This document shows positions 26,404 through 35,377 of a stretch of 64,000 nt of DNA, piece by piece; positions within the stretch are counted from its first letter, which is position 1, and every line of letters starts with the position of its first letter. Source of the DNA: Candidatus Hydrogenedentota bacterium (GTDB lineage Bacteria; Hydrogenedentota; Hydrogenedentia; Hydrogenedentales; CAITNO01); the NCBI GenBank assembly GCA_012730045.1, contig JAAYBR010000143.1:26785-90784 (forward strand), in the 5' to 3' direction. The notes beneath the pieces were generated by a model. That model was given only the letters and a program-made list of their open reading frames with translations, was not told the DNA's origin and did no database searches. Made by a program: the position numbers and the translations under genes.

Positions 26404-27774
26404 ATGCTGCTGTGGATTGAAAACGCGCTGAATGCGGCGAACGGCATTTTGTGGGGCCCCCCCATGCTGATATTGCTTTTCGGCACGCACCTGTTTCTTA
26501 CCGTGCGGCTGCGGTTCATCCAGCGCCATCTGGGCACGGCGGTCCGTCTGTCCCTCAAGCGGGACGAGGCCGGCGGCGGGGACATCAGCCCCTTCGGCGC
26601 GCTGACCACGGCGCTGGCGGCCACGGTGGGCACCGGCAACATTGTCGGCGTGGCCACGGCGGTTTCCCTGGGCGGCCCCGGGGCGGTGCTGTGGATGTGG
26701 CTGACCGGGGTTTTCGGCATTTCCACCAAGTACGCCGAGGCACTGTTGTCGGTGAAGTACCGGATAAAGGGGCCCTCGGGCGCCATGGCCGGCGGGCCCA
26801 TGTATGTCCTGGAGCGGGGGCTGGGCTGGAAGTGGCTCGGCGTGCTCTTCGCGGTGTTCACCGTGGTCGCCTCCTTCGGCATAGGCAACATGGTGCAGGC
26901 CAACGCCCTGTCGCACCTGCTGCTGGAGAACACGGGGGCCCCGCTGTGGGCCAGCGGGCTGGTCATGAGCCTCCTGACGGGGGTGGTGGTGCTGGGCGGC
27001 ATCAAGTCCATCGCCCGTGTCTGCCAGGCCCTGGTGCCGTTCATGGCCCTGTTTTACATCGTCGGCTGCCTCGTGCTGCTTGTCATGTTTGCGGACACCC
27101 TTCCGGAGACGGTGGCGCTGATTGTGAAGAGCGCGTTCACGGGACAGGCCGCGGCCGGGGGCTTCCTCGGGGCGGGGATGCGGGAGGCGGTGCGTTTCGG
27201 CATCGCGCGCGGGCTGTTCTCCAACGAGTCCGGCATGGGCAGCGCGCCCATCGTGGCCGCCGCGGCGCAGACGCGCAACCCCGTCCGGCAGGCCCTGGTC
27301 TCCGCCTCGGGCACCTTCTGGGACACCGTGGTCATCTGCCTTATGACCGGCCTGGTCATCGTCAACTCCGGAAAATGGCAGGAGGGCCTTCAGGGGGCGA
27401 AACTGAGCCACGAGACCTTTGCCAGCCTGCCGGTGCTGGGGCCGGTCATTCTGACGGTGGGCATGGCCACCTTCGTCTTCTCCACCATCCTCGGGTGGTC
27501 CTACTACGGTGAAAAGGCCTGCGAGTACCTCGCGGGGGCCCGCTCGGTGCTTGTCTACCGCGCCCTGTGGACCGTGGCGGTGCTGGCGGGGGCCCTGGTC
27601 AATCTGCCGCTGGTCTGGTCCTTCGCCGATTTCGCCAACGCCCTCATGGCCCTTCCCAATCTGGTCGCCCTGCTGCTGCTCAGCGGCGTGGTGGTGGCGG
27701 AGACGCGGAAGTACCTCTGGGACGGCAACCTGGACATGGAAAGCGCGGACGAGGCGCCGCAGGAAAAGCCCTAG
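26404..27774 (+). CDS. sodium:alanine (amino acid:cation) symporter, AGCS family
   Basis: Track ORF 25504..27774 trimmed to MLLWIENALN at 26404. 456 aa with ~11 TM helices. Conserved AGCS blocks GPGAVLWMW and SNESGMGSAPIVAAAAQT. Confidence 0.8.
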   Translation: MLLWIENALNAANGILWGPPMLILLFGTHLFLTVRLRFIQRHLGTAVRLSLKRDEAGGGDISPFGALTTALAATVGTGNIVGVATAVSLGGPGAVLWMWLTGVFGISTKYAEALLSVKYRIKGPSGAMAGGPMYVLERGLGWKWLGVLFAVFTVVASFGIGNMVQANALSHLLLENTGAPLWASGLVMSLLTGVVVLGGIKSIARVCQALVPFMALFYIVGCLVLLVMFADTLPETVALIVKSAFTGQAAAGGFLGAGMREAVRFGIARGLFSNESGMGSAPIVAAAAQTRNPVRQALVSASGTFWDTVVICLMTGLVIVNSGKWQEGLQGAKLSHETFASLPVLGPVILTVGMATFVFSTILGWSYYGEKACEYLAGARSVLVYRALWTVAVLAGALVNLPLVWSFADFANALMALPNLVALLLLSGVVVAETRKYLWDGNLDMESADEAPQEKP

Positions 27775-28751
27775 GCCAGAAACAGGAAATCCTCCCCCTC
27801 GGCATAGCCCCGGGGAAGCAGTCTTGTCCGGATGTCGTCCCGGGCGCCGGGGGTGCCGACGGCGGCCACAACGAACACCCCGTCCGGCGGGGGGAGGTCT
27901 GGTGGCGCGATGACGGGGGTGCCGTGGATGGTGCGGCCGATCTTGCGGGGGTTGATGTCCACCACCGCCTCCGGCCGGAGGGTTTCCCACTCGCGGAGCC
28001 AGCGCTTCCCCACCTCCCCCGCCCCCCACTGGAAGAAGCGCCGCCCGTCCCAAAGCCCGCTTTCCGCCAGATAATGCCGCTTGCACCGCCGGAAGGCCGC
28101 CTCGGCGTAGCGGGGGTCGGTCCTCGAAAGGCGGCGGCCGTGGTCGCGCCATTCGAGCACCGGGACGGACGGCTTGGCGAAGCGCCGTCCGGCCCGCCAG
28201 ACGCGGAGGACCAGGTCATAGTCCTCGGGCCAGCCGCAGTCCCGGTATCCGCCCAGCTCCTCGAAGAGGGCTTTGGGCATCAGGAAGGTCGGGTGCGGCA
28301 CGGGGCATTCCACGAGGATTTCCCGGACGATTTCCCGGTGGGTGAGCAGGCCGTTCACCCAGGCCTCGTAGCGCCGGGCGCCGGATCCCACCGGTTCCCC
28401 CGTGATGCGCACCACGCCGCCGCAGAGGCCGATGCCGGGGTCGGCCTCCAGCAGGGCGCGCTGCGCCTCCAGCCGGTGGGGCAGGGAAAGGTCGTCCGCG
28501 TCCATCCGGGCCAGCAGGCGGCCGCGTGCCGCTTCGGCCGCCGTGTTCAGCGCCGCCACAATGCCCCGGTGCGGGGTGTGCAGCGTGCGGATTCGGGCGT
28601 CCTCCCGGGCCAGCTTGCCGGCGATTTCGGGGCTTTCGTCCGTGGACCCGTCATCCACAACGAGCAGTTCCCAGTCCTGAAAGGTCTGGTTTCGGACGGA
28701 GTCCACGGCTGCCGGCAGGGTGGCCGCCGCGTTCCACACGGGCAGGAGCAC
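27771..28751 (-). CDS. family 2 glycosyltransferase
   Basis: N-terminal VLLPVWNAA...LVVDDGSTD (GT-A DXD-type). GTG start. The stop overlaps the convergent alsT-like gene by 4 nt. Confidence 0.75.
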   Translation of the reverse strand: MLLPVWNAAATLPAAVDSVRNQTFQDWELLVVDDGSTDESPEIAGKLAREDARIRTLHTPHRGIVAALNTAAEAARGRLLARMDADDLSLPHRLEAQRALLEADPGIGLCGGVVRITGEPVGSGARRYEAWVNGLLTHREIVREILVECPVPHPTFLMPKALFEELGGYRDCGWPEDYDLVLRVWRAGRRFAKPSVPVLEWRDHGRRLSRTDPRYAEAAFRRCKRHYLAESGLWDGRRFFQWGAGEVGKRWLREWETLRPEAVVDINPRKIGRTIHGTPVIAPPDLPPPDGVFVVAAVGTPGARDDIRTRLLPRGYAEGEDFLFLA

Positions 28752-28794
28752 GGAAATGGCCGGCGAATCAGCCGCGGGCCGTCCCTCCCCCGCC

Positions 28795-29481
28795 CTATTC
28801 GCCGGCGCTGTCGTACTGCTCCAGGTAGGGGTAGATGTGCCCCGTGATGAAGGATCGCACCACCCGGAGGTTGGCGATGACGGTCTCCGGCGCGTCCGGC
28901 GCCACCTGCTGCTTCCCGAAAATCCCCTTCACCTCGACGAAAATCTCGTTGTTGCTGTGCCGGAAGGTCTCAATGTTCACATAGAGCGTTCCCGGGCACT
29001 CCGCCGTCTCCGGCAGCACATAGCGCAGCCCGGCGGTGGCGATGGGGCGGTTGAACACCGCCATGGCGCGGGGCTCCTGGCGGCACACACGCTCAATGAG
29101 AAAGCGCCGGCAGTCCCCCTCCCCTGTGAGGGCGAAGGTGGAGCGCACCGTGGCCGCGTGCACCATGAACCCGGGAATCCCGCGCGCCTCGCCCAGCCGC
29201 GGCATGACGGTGCGGACCCGCTCCTCGAAGTCGGCCATGGGAATGTCGGCCCACTCCTCGATGATGAGGGCGCGGTCGGGCAGGAACAGCAGGACGGACT
29301 GGGCGCGGCCCCGCCGCGAGTAGAAGCGCGCCTGGGCCGTGTCGCTCACCTCAATGCTGTCATATCCGGCGCCGGTCTGGGAGAGCTCAAAGTAAAGCTT
29401 CTGGAGGGCGCCCCGGTTGAAGGGCTGGCCGGGGTGGATCAACTCTACGCAGAAATGGATGACTCTGTCTTCAGCCTGCAT
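28795..29481 (-). CDS. hypothetical protein (228 aa)
   Basis: Codon usage is consistent with the neighbours. It sits 44 nt upstream of the GT2 gene on the same strand. No recognised domain. Confidence 0.45.
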   Translation of the reverse strand: MQAEDRVIHFCVELIHPGQPFNRGALQKLYFELSQTGAGYDSIEVSDTAQARFYSRRGRAQSVLLFLPDRALIIEEWADIPMADFEERVRTVMPRLGEARGIPGFMVHAATVRSTFALTGEGDCRRFLIERVCRQEPRAMAVFNRPIATAGLRYVLPETAECPGTLYVNIETFRHSNNEIFVEVKGIFGKQQVAPDAPETVIANLRVVRSFITGHIYPYLEQYDSAGE

Positions 29482-29574
29482 GATGCGCCCGTCCGGGGTT
29501 GCGGTTTGCGATGGGAGTATAGCGTTGCCGGGGCGGGGGCTTCAACGGCCCGCCAAGGAAATCGAACCAGGACG

Positions 29575-29720
29575 CCGCCCATCACCGCAGTCCCGGGTCC
29601 GCGCAGCGCGCAGCGCCTTGGAGTGCGGTGGCTTGCTGCCGCCTTTCTCCGCGCGGGCTTGCCCACGCGGGGGCACACGAGAAACGATGGTGGCCGGCGC
29701 TTCCCCAAGGCCGTTGCGGT
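29575..29720 (-). repeat. dispersed structured intergenic repeat, copy D (short form, inverted)
   Basis: The reverse complement matches the core GGCCTTGGGGAAGCGCCGGCC...TTTCTCGTGTGCCCCCGCGTGGGCAAGCCCGCGCGGAGAAAGGCGGCAGCAAGCCACCGCACTCCAAGGCGCTGCGCGCTGCGCGGACCCGGGACTGCGGTGATGGGCG. It lies in the divergent promoter region between 29481 and 29771. Confidence 0.55.
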
Positions 29721-29770
29721 CCCCCCCCGCCGCTTTGCATTCTGCGCGGGTTCCCGCTACCGTATACGGC

Positions 29771-30781
29771 ATGGAGACGGACAACCGAGAGGCGGGCTCC
29801 GGCGGGCGCATGGGGCTGCTGCTGCTGCAGACGGGCTCCCCGGACACCTGCGACCTCGCGGGGGTGCGTCGCTACCTGCGCCGGTTTCTCATGGACCCCC
29901 ATGTGATCTCCCTCCCTTTTCCCCTGCGCGCCCTGCTGGTCCACGGGATCATCGCCCCGTTGCGGGCGCGGAAGAGCCTGGAACTGTACCGGCACATCTG
30001 GACCGGCCAGGGGGCCCCGCTGACGGCGCACACCCGAAACCTGGCGGCGGCCATCGCGGCGCGCCGTCCGGACCTGTGCGTGCGGCACGCCGCGGTCTAC
30101 GCCAGCCCGACCCCCGGCGACGCCCTGCGGGACTTTGTCCAGGAGGGCGTCGGGGAGGTGCTTGTGCTTCCCCTCTTTCCCCAGCACGCCACGGCGAGCC
30201 GGGGCGCCGCCCTGGCGGCGGTTCGGGCGGCGGCCGCGCGGGCGCCGCATGCGCCCGCTCTCCGGGAGCTCCCCCCCTTTTATGACGCCCCGTGGTTCAT
30301 CGAGCCCCTCGCCCGCCTGTATGGTCCCCTGTTGCGGGACTTTGCGCCGGACCGGGTGATCTTCAGTTTTCACGGACTCCCCCTCGCCCAGGCCGCACGG
30401 GACGCGGCGGCGGGGCCGGAATGTGACTACGTGGGACAGTGCAAGGCCACCATGGACGCCCTGGTCGGGGTGCTTGGGCTGGATACGGACCGATGCCGTC
30501 TGGGGTGGCAGTCCCGGTTTGGGCGCGGCTGGCTGGCCCCGGACACGGAGAGCCTGCTTGCCGCCGCCCCGGCCGGGGGAGCCGCGCGGGTCGCCCTCTG
30601 CGCGCCCTGTTTTGTCGCCGACTGCCTGGAAACGCTGGAGGAACTGGGGCTGCGGGGACGGGCGTGTTTTATGGCGGCCGGGGGCCGGGAACTGCTGCTG
30701 CTGCCCTGCCTGAACGTTTCGGACGACTGGGTGGAGGCGGTATGCCGGCGGGCCCTTCCCCCGCCGAAAGCCAAAAACTGA
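29771..30781 (+). CDS. hemH: ferrochelatase
   Basis: Track ORF 29417..30781 trimmed to the ATG at 29771 (alternative ATG at 29810, MGLLLLQTGSPDT). Conserved LLLQTGSPDT N-terminus, FSFHGLP, and the cysteine-rich C-terminus CAPCFVADCLETLEE consistent with a [2Fe-2S] ferrochelatase. Confidence 0.8.
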   Translation: METDNREAGSGGRMGLLLLQTGSPDTCDLAGVRRYLRRFLMDPHVISLPFPLRALLVHGIIAPLRARKSLELYRHIWTGQGAPLTAHTRNLAAAIAARRPDLCVRHAAVYASPTPGDALRDFVQEGVGEVLVLPLFPQHATASRGAALAAVRAAAARAPHAPALRELPPFYDAPWFIEPLARLYGPLLRDFAPDRVIFSFHGLPLAQAARDAAAGPECDYVGQCKATMDALVGVLGLDTDRCRLGWQSRFGRGWLAPDTESLLAAAPAGGAARVALCAPCFVADCLETLEELGLRGRACFMAAGGRELLLLPCLNVSDDWVEAVCRRALPPPKAKN

Positions 30782-30808
30782 AAAAAAAGCGGTCTGTGCG
30801 AAGACGGG

Positions 30809-30837
30809 TTGTTAATTTTGGGGATATGTGCTACAAT
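30809..30837 (+). promoter_or_regulatory. sigma70-type promoter with extended -10 (TTGTTA, 17 nt, TGcTACAAT) for the pseudopilin operon
   Basis: TTGTTAattttggggatatgTGcTACAAT in an AT-rich patch. About 45 nt of 5' UTR with GGAGG 5 nt before the ATG at 30886. Confidence 0.45.
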
Positions 30838-30885
30838 TTGGCGGGAAAAGGCGCCCGGATTAGTCGGCGTTTTACGGAGGCAGTT

Positions 30886-31452
30886 ATGTTGCAAGGAAGA
30901 GTGTGTGCGCGCGCGGTGCGGCTGGGGCGTGTGCGCGGACGTTCCCCGCGCCTGGCGGGGTTCAGTCTTCTTGAGTTGACCATCGCCATCGCCATACTGA
31001 TGACCATCCTCAGCATCACCGCACAGGGGCTGGTGTCCAGCCATGCGGTCATGCGGCTGCAGAACCAGCGCAACGACGCCATGAACTCCTGCCGTGCGGT
31101 CATTGCCAATCTCCGCCAGGTGGCGCGGGCGCTTCCGGTAAGCACGGACTGCCCAGCGGGGGGGGCCATGTTTCCCTGCGTGTTGATGTCCTGGCTGGAC
31201 GACATGCCCGGCACGTCGGTGGAGTTTCTTGAGCTGTCCGAGGCGGAGCGGGAACCGTACCGGGGCCTGTTTGTGCTGCGGGACCAGGAGATTCAGGTGC
31301 TGCTGCTTGACGCGGACGGGAACCCCGCAGTCACTTCCCTGGTGGAGAGCGGCAACACCAACCCGGTGCATGTCCAGGTCATCACGCGCTGGACCGGCGC
31401 GCGCGGGCGGGTGTTCCAGGCCGGACTGCGCACCATAATCACCAACCGATAG
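30886..31452 (+). CDS. type II secretion minor pseudopilin (GspI/GspJ-like)
   Basis: Track ORF 30439..31452 trimmed to the ATG at 30886. It has the prepilin class III motif AG-FSLLELTIAIAILMTIL. The leader is unusually long (24 aa from ATG 30886, or 9 aa if GTG 30931 is used). Confidence 0.7.
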   Translation: MLQGRVCARAVRLGRVRGRSPRLAGFSLLELTIAIAILMTILSITAQGLVSSHAVMRLQNQRNDAMNSCRAVIANLRQVARALPVSTDCPAGGAMFPCVLMSWLDDMPGTSVEFLELSEAEREPYRGLFVLRDQEIQVLLLDADGNPAVTSLVESGNTNPVHVQVITRWTGARGRVFQAGLRTIITNR

Positions 31453-31473
31453 GGCTGCCCCCCGGAGAAACCC

Positions 31474-32100
31474 ATGAGACAGGCGGGATTCACCCTCATA
31501 GAAATGATGATTTCGGTGGCCATCGTGCTGGTGGTCAGCATGCTCGGCTACATCGCCTTCTCCTCCAGTTACGAGGCCATAGACCTGAACCAGCGCATGG
31601 GCGCCCTCCAGGCGGACTGCCGGGACGCCATGCGCGCCCTGAGCGACGAGGCGCAGATGGCCGTCAAGCGGGCGGCCCCCGGGCAGGTGCTGCCGGCCGG
31701 CGCCCAGGATCTGCGGGTGAACCCCGGAAATCCGCGCGAAATCACCTATGTTGTTCCAACCGCGAACGACGGGACGGCTTTCTCCCCCGTGCGGACCATC
31801 CGGTTTGAGTCGGAAGACCTGCCCGCCGCCGGGCTGGAAAACGGCGAGTTTGGCAACGGGCGGCTGGACCCGGGCGAGGACACGGACGGCAACGGGCGTC
31901 TCACGCGCCAGCTGGTCCTGATTAACGGGATTCAGCGGCGGGTGCTGGGCAGCGCCACCACGCTGGCAAATGTCGCCTTTGACCTTTCGGCCGACGGCAG
32001 CTGCCTGGTGGTCACCATGACCGCCGTCACCCCAATCGCCCAGGACAGCGCCCGGATGCTGCGCGTGGACACCGAAAGCACCATTTACCTGATGAACTGA
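31474..32100 (+). CDS. type II secretion pseudopilin (GspH/GspJ-like) with prepilin-type N-terminal cleavage/methylation domain
   Basis: MRQAG-FTLIEMMISVAIVLVV has a canonical 5-aa leader with G-1, F+1 and E+5. 208 aa. Confidence 0.75.
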   Translation: MRQAGFTLIEMMISVAIVLVVSMLGYIAFSSSYEAIDLNQRMGALQADCRDAMRALSDEAQMAVKRAAPGQVLPAGAQDLRVNPGNPREITYVVPTANDGTAFSPVRTIRFESEDLPAAGLENGEFGNGRLDPGEDTDGNGRLTRQLVLINGIQRRVLGSATTLANVAFDLSADGSCLVVTMTAVTPIAQDSARMLRVDTESTIYLMN

Positions 32101-32153
32101 CGTGACGTGGGCCGCCCGGACGGCGGGCAGAACAGAGCAAGGAGACCACGGGG

Positions 32154-34394
32154 ATGGAAGCGAAGAACAACGGTTCGCAGCGGGGCATGGCGCTGGTGCT
32201 GGCGCTCATTGCCATGGTGCTGATCCTGGGGGCGGTGCTGCTCGTCTCCCAGCAGGCGACGCGGGCCGCCGCGCAGACCGAGATGCTCATGTCCCAGATG
32301 GACCTGGAGGAGGCCTGCAAGGCCGGGATAGACACGGGCATTGAGCGGCTCTGGAACCAGTACGTCACCGGCAACGGCAACACCACGGGCAATCTGGCCT
32401 CCTACAAGGTCTTCGTGGACGAGGTGGTCGAGGAGGGCGGCCAGGCCACCCTGGCCAGCGCCGCGTCCCCGATCGTGCTGGACGAGGCGTCGGGGCTGGC
32501 CGTGACGGGCCTGACACTGGCGCGCGAGGACACGCTGTTCGGCGTGGACGTGACCATCACCTCCACCGCCAGCCGGACCAAGGGCGCCGCCGCCGGGGAG
32601 CCCGCCACGCTGACCGCCCAGCAGACGGTCCGCATCTCCGGCACCCCCTTCACGGGCTTCGAGTACGCCGTGCTCGCCAACCAGATCAACTGCATCCTCT
32701 GCCACGCGGGCATCCGCAACCTGGACCAGGAACTCAACACCGATGAAGACCTGCGGGGCACCTTTGACCGCGTGAAAGTCGCCACGCTGCAGGCGCTTCT
32801 TTACCGCAAGGACGCCGCCGACTCCCATATCGCGGGGACCCTGTACACCCGCGGAAATGTTTACAACACCAACTACAGCCTCCTTTCGGACGCGCAGATC
32901 CAGTCGTCGAGCGGCCTGAAGAGCCGCCAGTTTGACACCACCAACGGAAAGATCACCCAGAACCCGACAAACGGCGCCATGATCACCACTCCCATGGTTG
33001 CCGCGGGCAACGACGCCCAGGGCCGCCCGACACAGTTCGGCAATCTCTACCGCAACTATCCCAGCGACCCCGACCTCATGACCGACGGGCCGCTGCCCAC
33101 CGACTTTCCCGCGCCGTTCCCGGACAACGACGGCGACCGGTATGTGGACACCGACGAGTTTGAGGAGATCGCCGGGGTGCTGGAGGGAAGCATAAATGGC
33201 GGCGTCGCTTTTGGCGTGCCGCAGGGGTCCACGTATAACACGAACGCACTGCCGACCACCTCCAACTCAGCCCTGGCCACCCTTGCGGCCACGGGCCAGT
33301 TTAATGGCAACCTGATTCTGGTCGGCACGGAAGCCAACCCCATCCAACTTAACGGGACCGTTGCCGTGAACGGCGACCTGGTGATGACGGGCAAGGTGAG
33401 GGGCACGGGGCAGATTTTTGTGCGCGGCAACACGTATCTCACGGGCGATGTCACCTATGCCGACGCGCCCGGAAGATTCGGGCAGGCGGACGACGGCACC
33501 CAAAACGCCATGGCCCTCATCACCGGGGGCAGCGTGCTTATGGGCGACTACCTCACCGTGCGGGGGAAGAACCACTCGCTGGACACCGCGCACGTTCCGA
33601 GCAGCGCCTACAGCATTGATGTACGAACCGCGAACAGGTCGGCGACCCAGACCATCAGCAAAAAGAAGGAGACGCTTAACTACGGGTACTTTGATCCGGG
33701 AGTCATAGATGCCGGCGGGATTTTTCCCACCATGGTGGACAACAGCGGAAAGACCGTGGCCCGGCAGGGCCAGCAGTTCTCCTTCACCCAGTCGGAGCTT
33801 CAACTGTTCAATTTCTATGAGTTGGAGAAGGCCGTGGCCGATTCCAGTTACACCCCCCGTTTCTACGGCATGCGGGAGAGCCAGCCGGACAACATCTGGG
33901 TGTTCACCAAGCTGAGCGACGAGCACTCGGTGAAGTACGACCGGACGGACAACACTGTGAAGCTGCTCCAGGACTACATGATTTCCAAGGGCTACCCGCT
34001 GGACATTCTGGACCGGGCGGCGTACCACTACATGAATCCGGAGGGCAACTGGATCAGCGAGGACATCCTGCGCCGGATCTGGTACAACGACGAGATGGCC
34101 CGGCCGGACAAGTCGAAGTGGAAGTTTGACGGGCTGCTGTACAGCAACAACGCCATCTTCGCCATCACGCGGAGCAAGGCCCGCCACAAGTCTTACACCG
34201 AGGGCAAGATGCAGGTGCGCGGCGCGATCATCTGCCCCGATCTCGGCGTGCTGGTGGCCGGTTCGGACACATCGGGGCAGGAGTCGTTCACGTTGCTCTA
34301 TGACGGGCGCGTGAAGGAGTTCTGGGCGCCCCAGGACCGCACCCAGGTCTTCTTTGCCCGCACGGTCTACAGCGTTCTCCGCGACGGCGGCTGA
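32154..34394 (+). CDS. GspK-like giant minor pseudopilin / pilus-tip protein (746 aa)
   Basis: The N-terminus QRGMALVLALIAMVLILGAVLLVSQ is a GspK-type (non-cleaved prepilin-like) hydrophobic segment. It lies directly downstream of two pseudopilin genes. The rest is Thr/Asn/Gly-rich with no recognised domain. Confidence 0.5.
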   Translation: MEAKNNGSQRGMALVLALIAMVLILGAVLLVSQQATRAAAQTEMLMSQMDLEEACKAGIDTGIERLWNQYVTGNGNTTGNLASYKVFVDEVVEEGGQATLASAASPIVLDEASGLAVTGLTLAREDTLFGVDVTITSTASRTKGAAAGEPATLTAQQTVRISGTPFTGFEYAVLANQINCILCHAGIRNLDQELNTDEDLRGTFDRVKVATLQALLYRKDAADSHIAGTLYTRGNVYNTNYSLLSDAQIQSSSGLKSRQFDTTNGKITQNPTNGAMITTPMVAAGNDAQGRPTQFGNLYRNYPSDPDLMTDGPLPTDFPAPFPDNDGDRYVDTDEFEEIAGVLEGSINGGVAFGVPQGSTYNTNALPTTSNSALATLAATGQFNGNLILVGTEANPIQLNGTVAVNGDLVMTGKVRGTGQIFVRGNTYLTGDVTYADAPGRFGQADDGTQNAMALITGGSVLMGDYLTVRGKNHSLDTAHVPSSAYSIDVRTANRSATQTISKKKETLNYGYFDPGVIDAGGIFPTMVDNSGKTVARQGQQFSFTQSELQLFNFYELEKAVADSSYTPRFYGMRESQPDNIWVFTKLSDEHSVKYDRTDNTVKLLQDYMISKGYPLDILDRAAYHYMNPEGNWISEDILRRIWYNDEMARPDKSKWKFDGLLYSNNAIFAITRSKARHKSYTEGKMQVRGAIICPDLGVLVAGSDTSGQESFTLLYDGRVKEFWAPQDRTQVFFARTVYSVLRDGG

Positions 34395-34462
34395 GCACGC
34401 CCCGGACACCCGGCCCCGGCCTGTGATGGCCCTCCATTGTCTCTTTTCAGAAGGGAGAAACC

Positions 34463-35377
34463 GTGAGCATGAGCAGGTTTGTTGTCCTGGCGGCGCTGTG
34501 CGCCGCGGTCGCCGTCCCGTCCCCCGCGGACACCATCCACATGAAAAACGGCACGCCCGTTGACGGGGTGGTGGAGTCAAAAAGCGAGGGGATGCTGACG
34601 GTCCGGGTCGGAAAACGGCGTGTCCGGCTGCGGGAGGACGAGATCCAGCTGATTGAGGAAAACGACCGCGACGGAAGCCGCAATCTGGACGCGGCGCGGG
34701 AGGAGGCGAAACGTCGCGACGAGGAGCTTCTTGCGCAGACCGGCCTGAACTACCAGCAGCGCGGGGCGGTGGACGCGGCGCTGGAGAAGCTCTTTTCCGA
34801 CCTGGAGGACCTGAGCGCGGAAGGCCGGCGCAAGCTCATCGAAATGCAAAAAACCAGCGACCTCCTTCCCTACATGCTGCTCTTTTTCTCCGACATGTAC
34901 CCGCAGAAGCGCGCGCGGCTGATCCGGCTCATCTTTGAGTTCGACCCCGGGAAGGTGCGTCCCCTGCTGTCCCAGCATGCCTGCGACCCCGAGGAGACCC
35001 TGCGCGAAGCCTGCCTGGAACTTATGGGCAAGGTGGCGGGGCACAGCCCCGCCGAGGTGGAACTGCTGGTGAGGGGGCTTGCGGACGAGAAGGGCGCGGT
35101 GCGCATGGCGGCCTGCCGCGGGCTGGCCGCCGCGCGGAGCCGGGAGGCCTCGCCCATGCTCATACAGGCCCTGCGCGGGTCTGACATGCGGATCCAGAAC
35201 CTTTCCCGGGACGCCCTTGCCGCTGCGTGGTCCACGCCGGAGGCGGCGGTGCGCTTTGAGAAGGCCGAGGAATGGGCGGCGTACTGGGAGCAGCAGGCCG
35301 CGTCCGTGCCCGCAGCGTACTTCCCCGACCGGGTGGTTCCGCTGGTGGAACCCGGCACAATGCCGCAGAACGACTAG
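34463..35377 (+). CDS. secreted HEAT/PBS-lyase-repeat protein
   Basis: GTG start at 34463 (GGGAGA upstream; alternative ATG at 34469). Signal peptide MSMSRFVVLAALCAAVAVPSPA. HEAT-like repeats (VRMAACRGLAAARSREASPMLIQALRGSD). Confidence 0.5.
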   Translation: MSMSRFVVLAALCAAVAVPSPADTIHMKNGTPVDGVVESKSEGMLTVRVGKRRVRLREDEIQLIEENDRDGSRNLDAAREEAKRRDEELLAQTGLNYQQRGAVDAALEKLFSDLEDLSAEGRRKLIEMQKTSDLLPYMLLFFSDMYPQKRARLIRLIFEFDPGKVRPLLSQHACDPEETLREACLELMGKVAGHSPAEVELLVRGLADEKGAVRMAACRGLAAARSREASPMLIQALRGSDMRIQNLSRDALAAAWSTPEAAVRFEKAEEWAAYWEQQAASVPAAYFPDRVVPLVEPGTMPQND

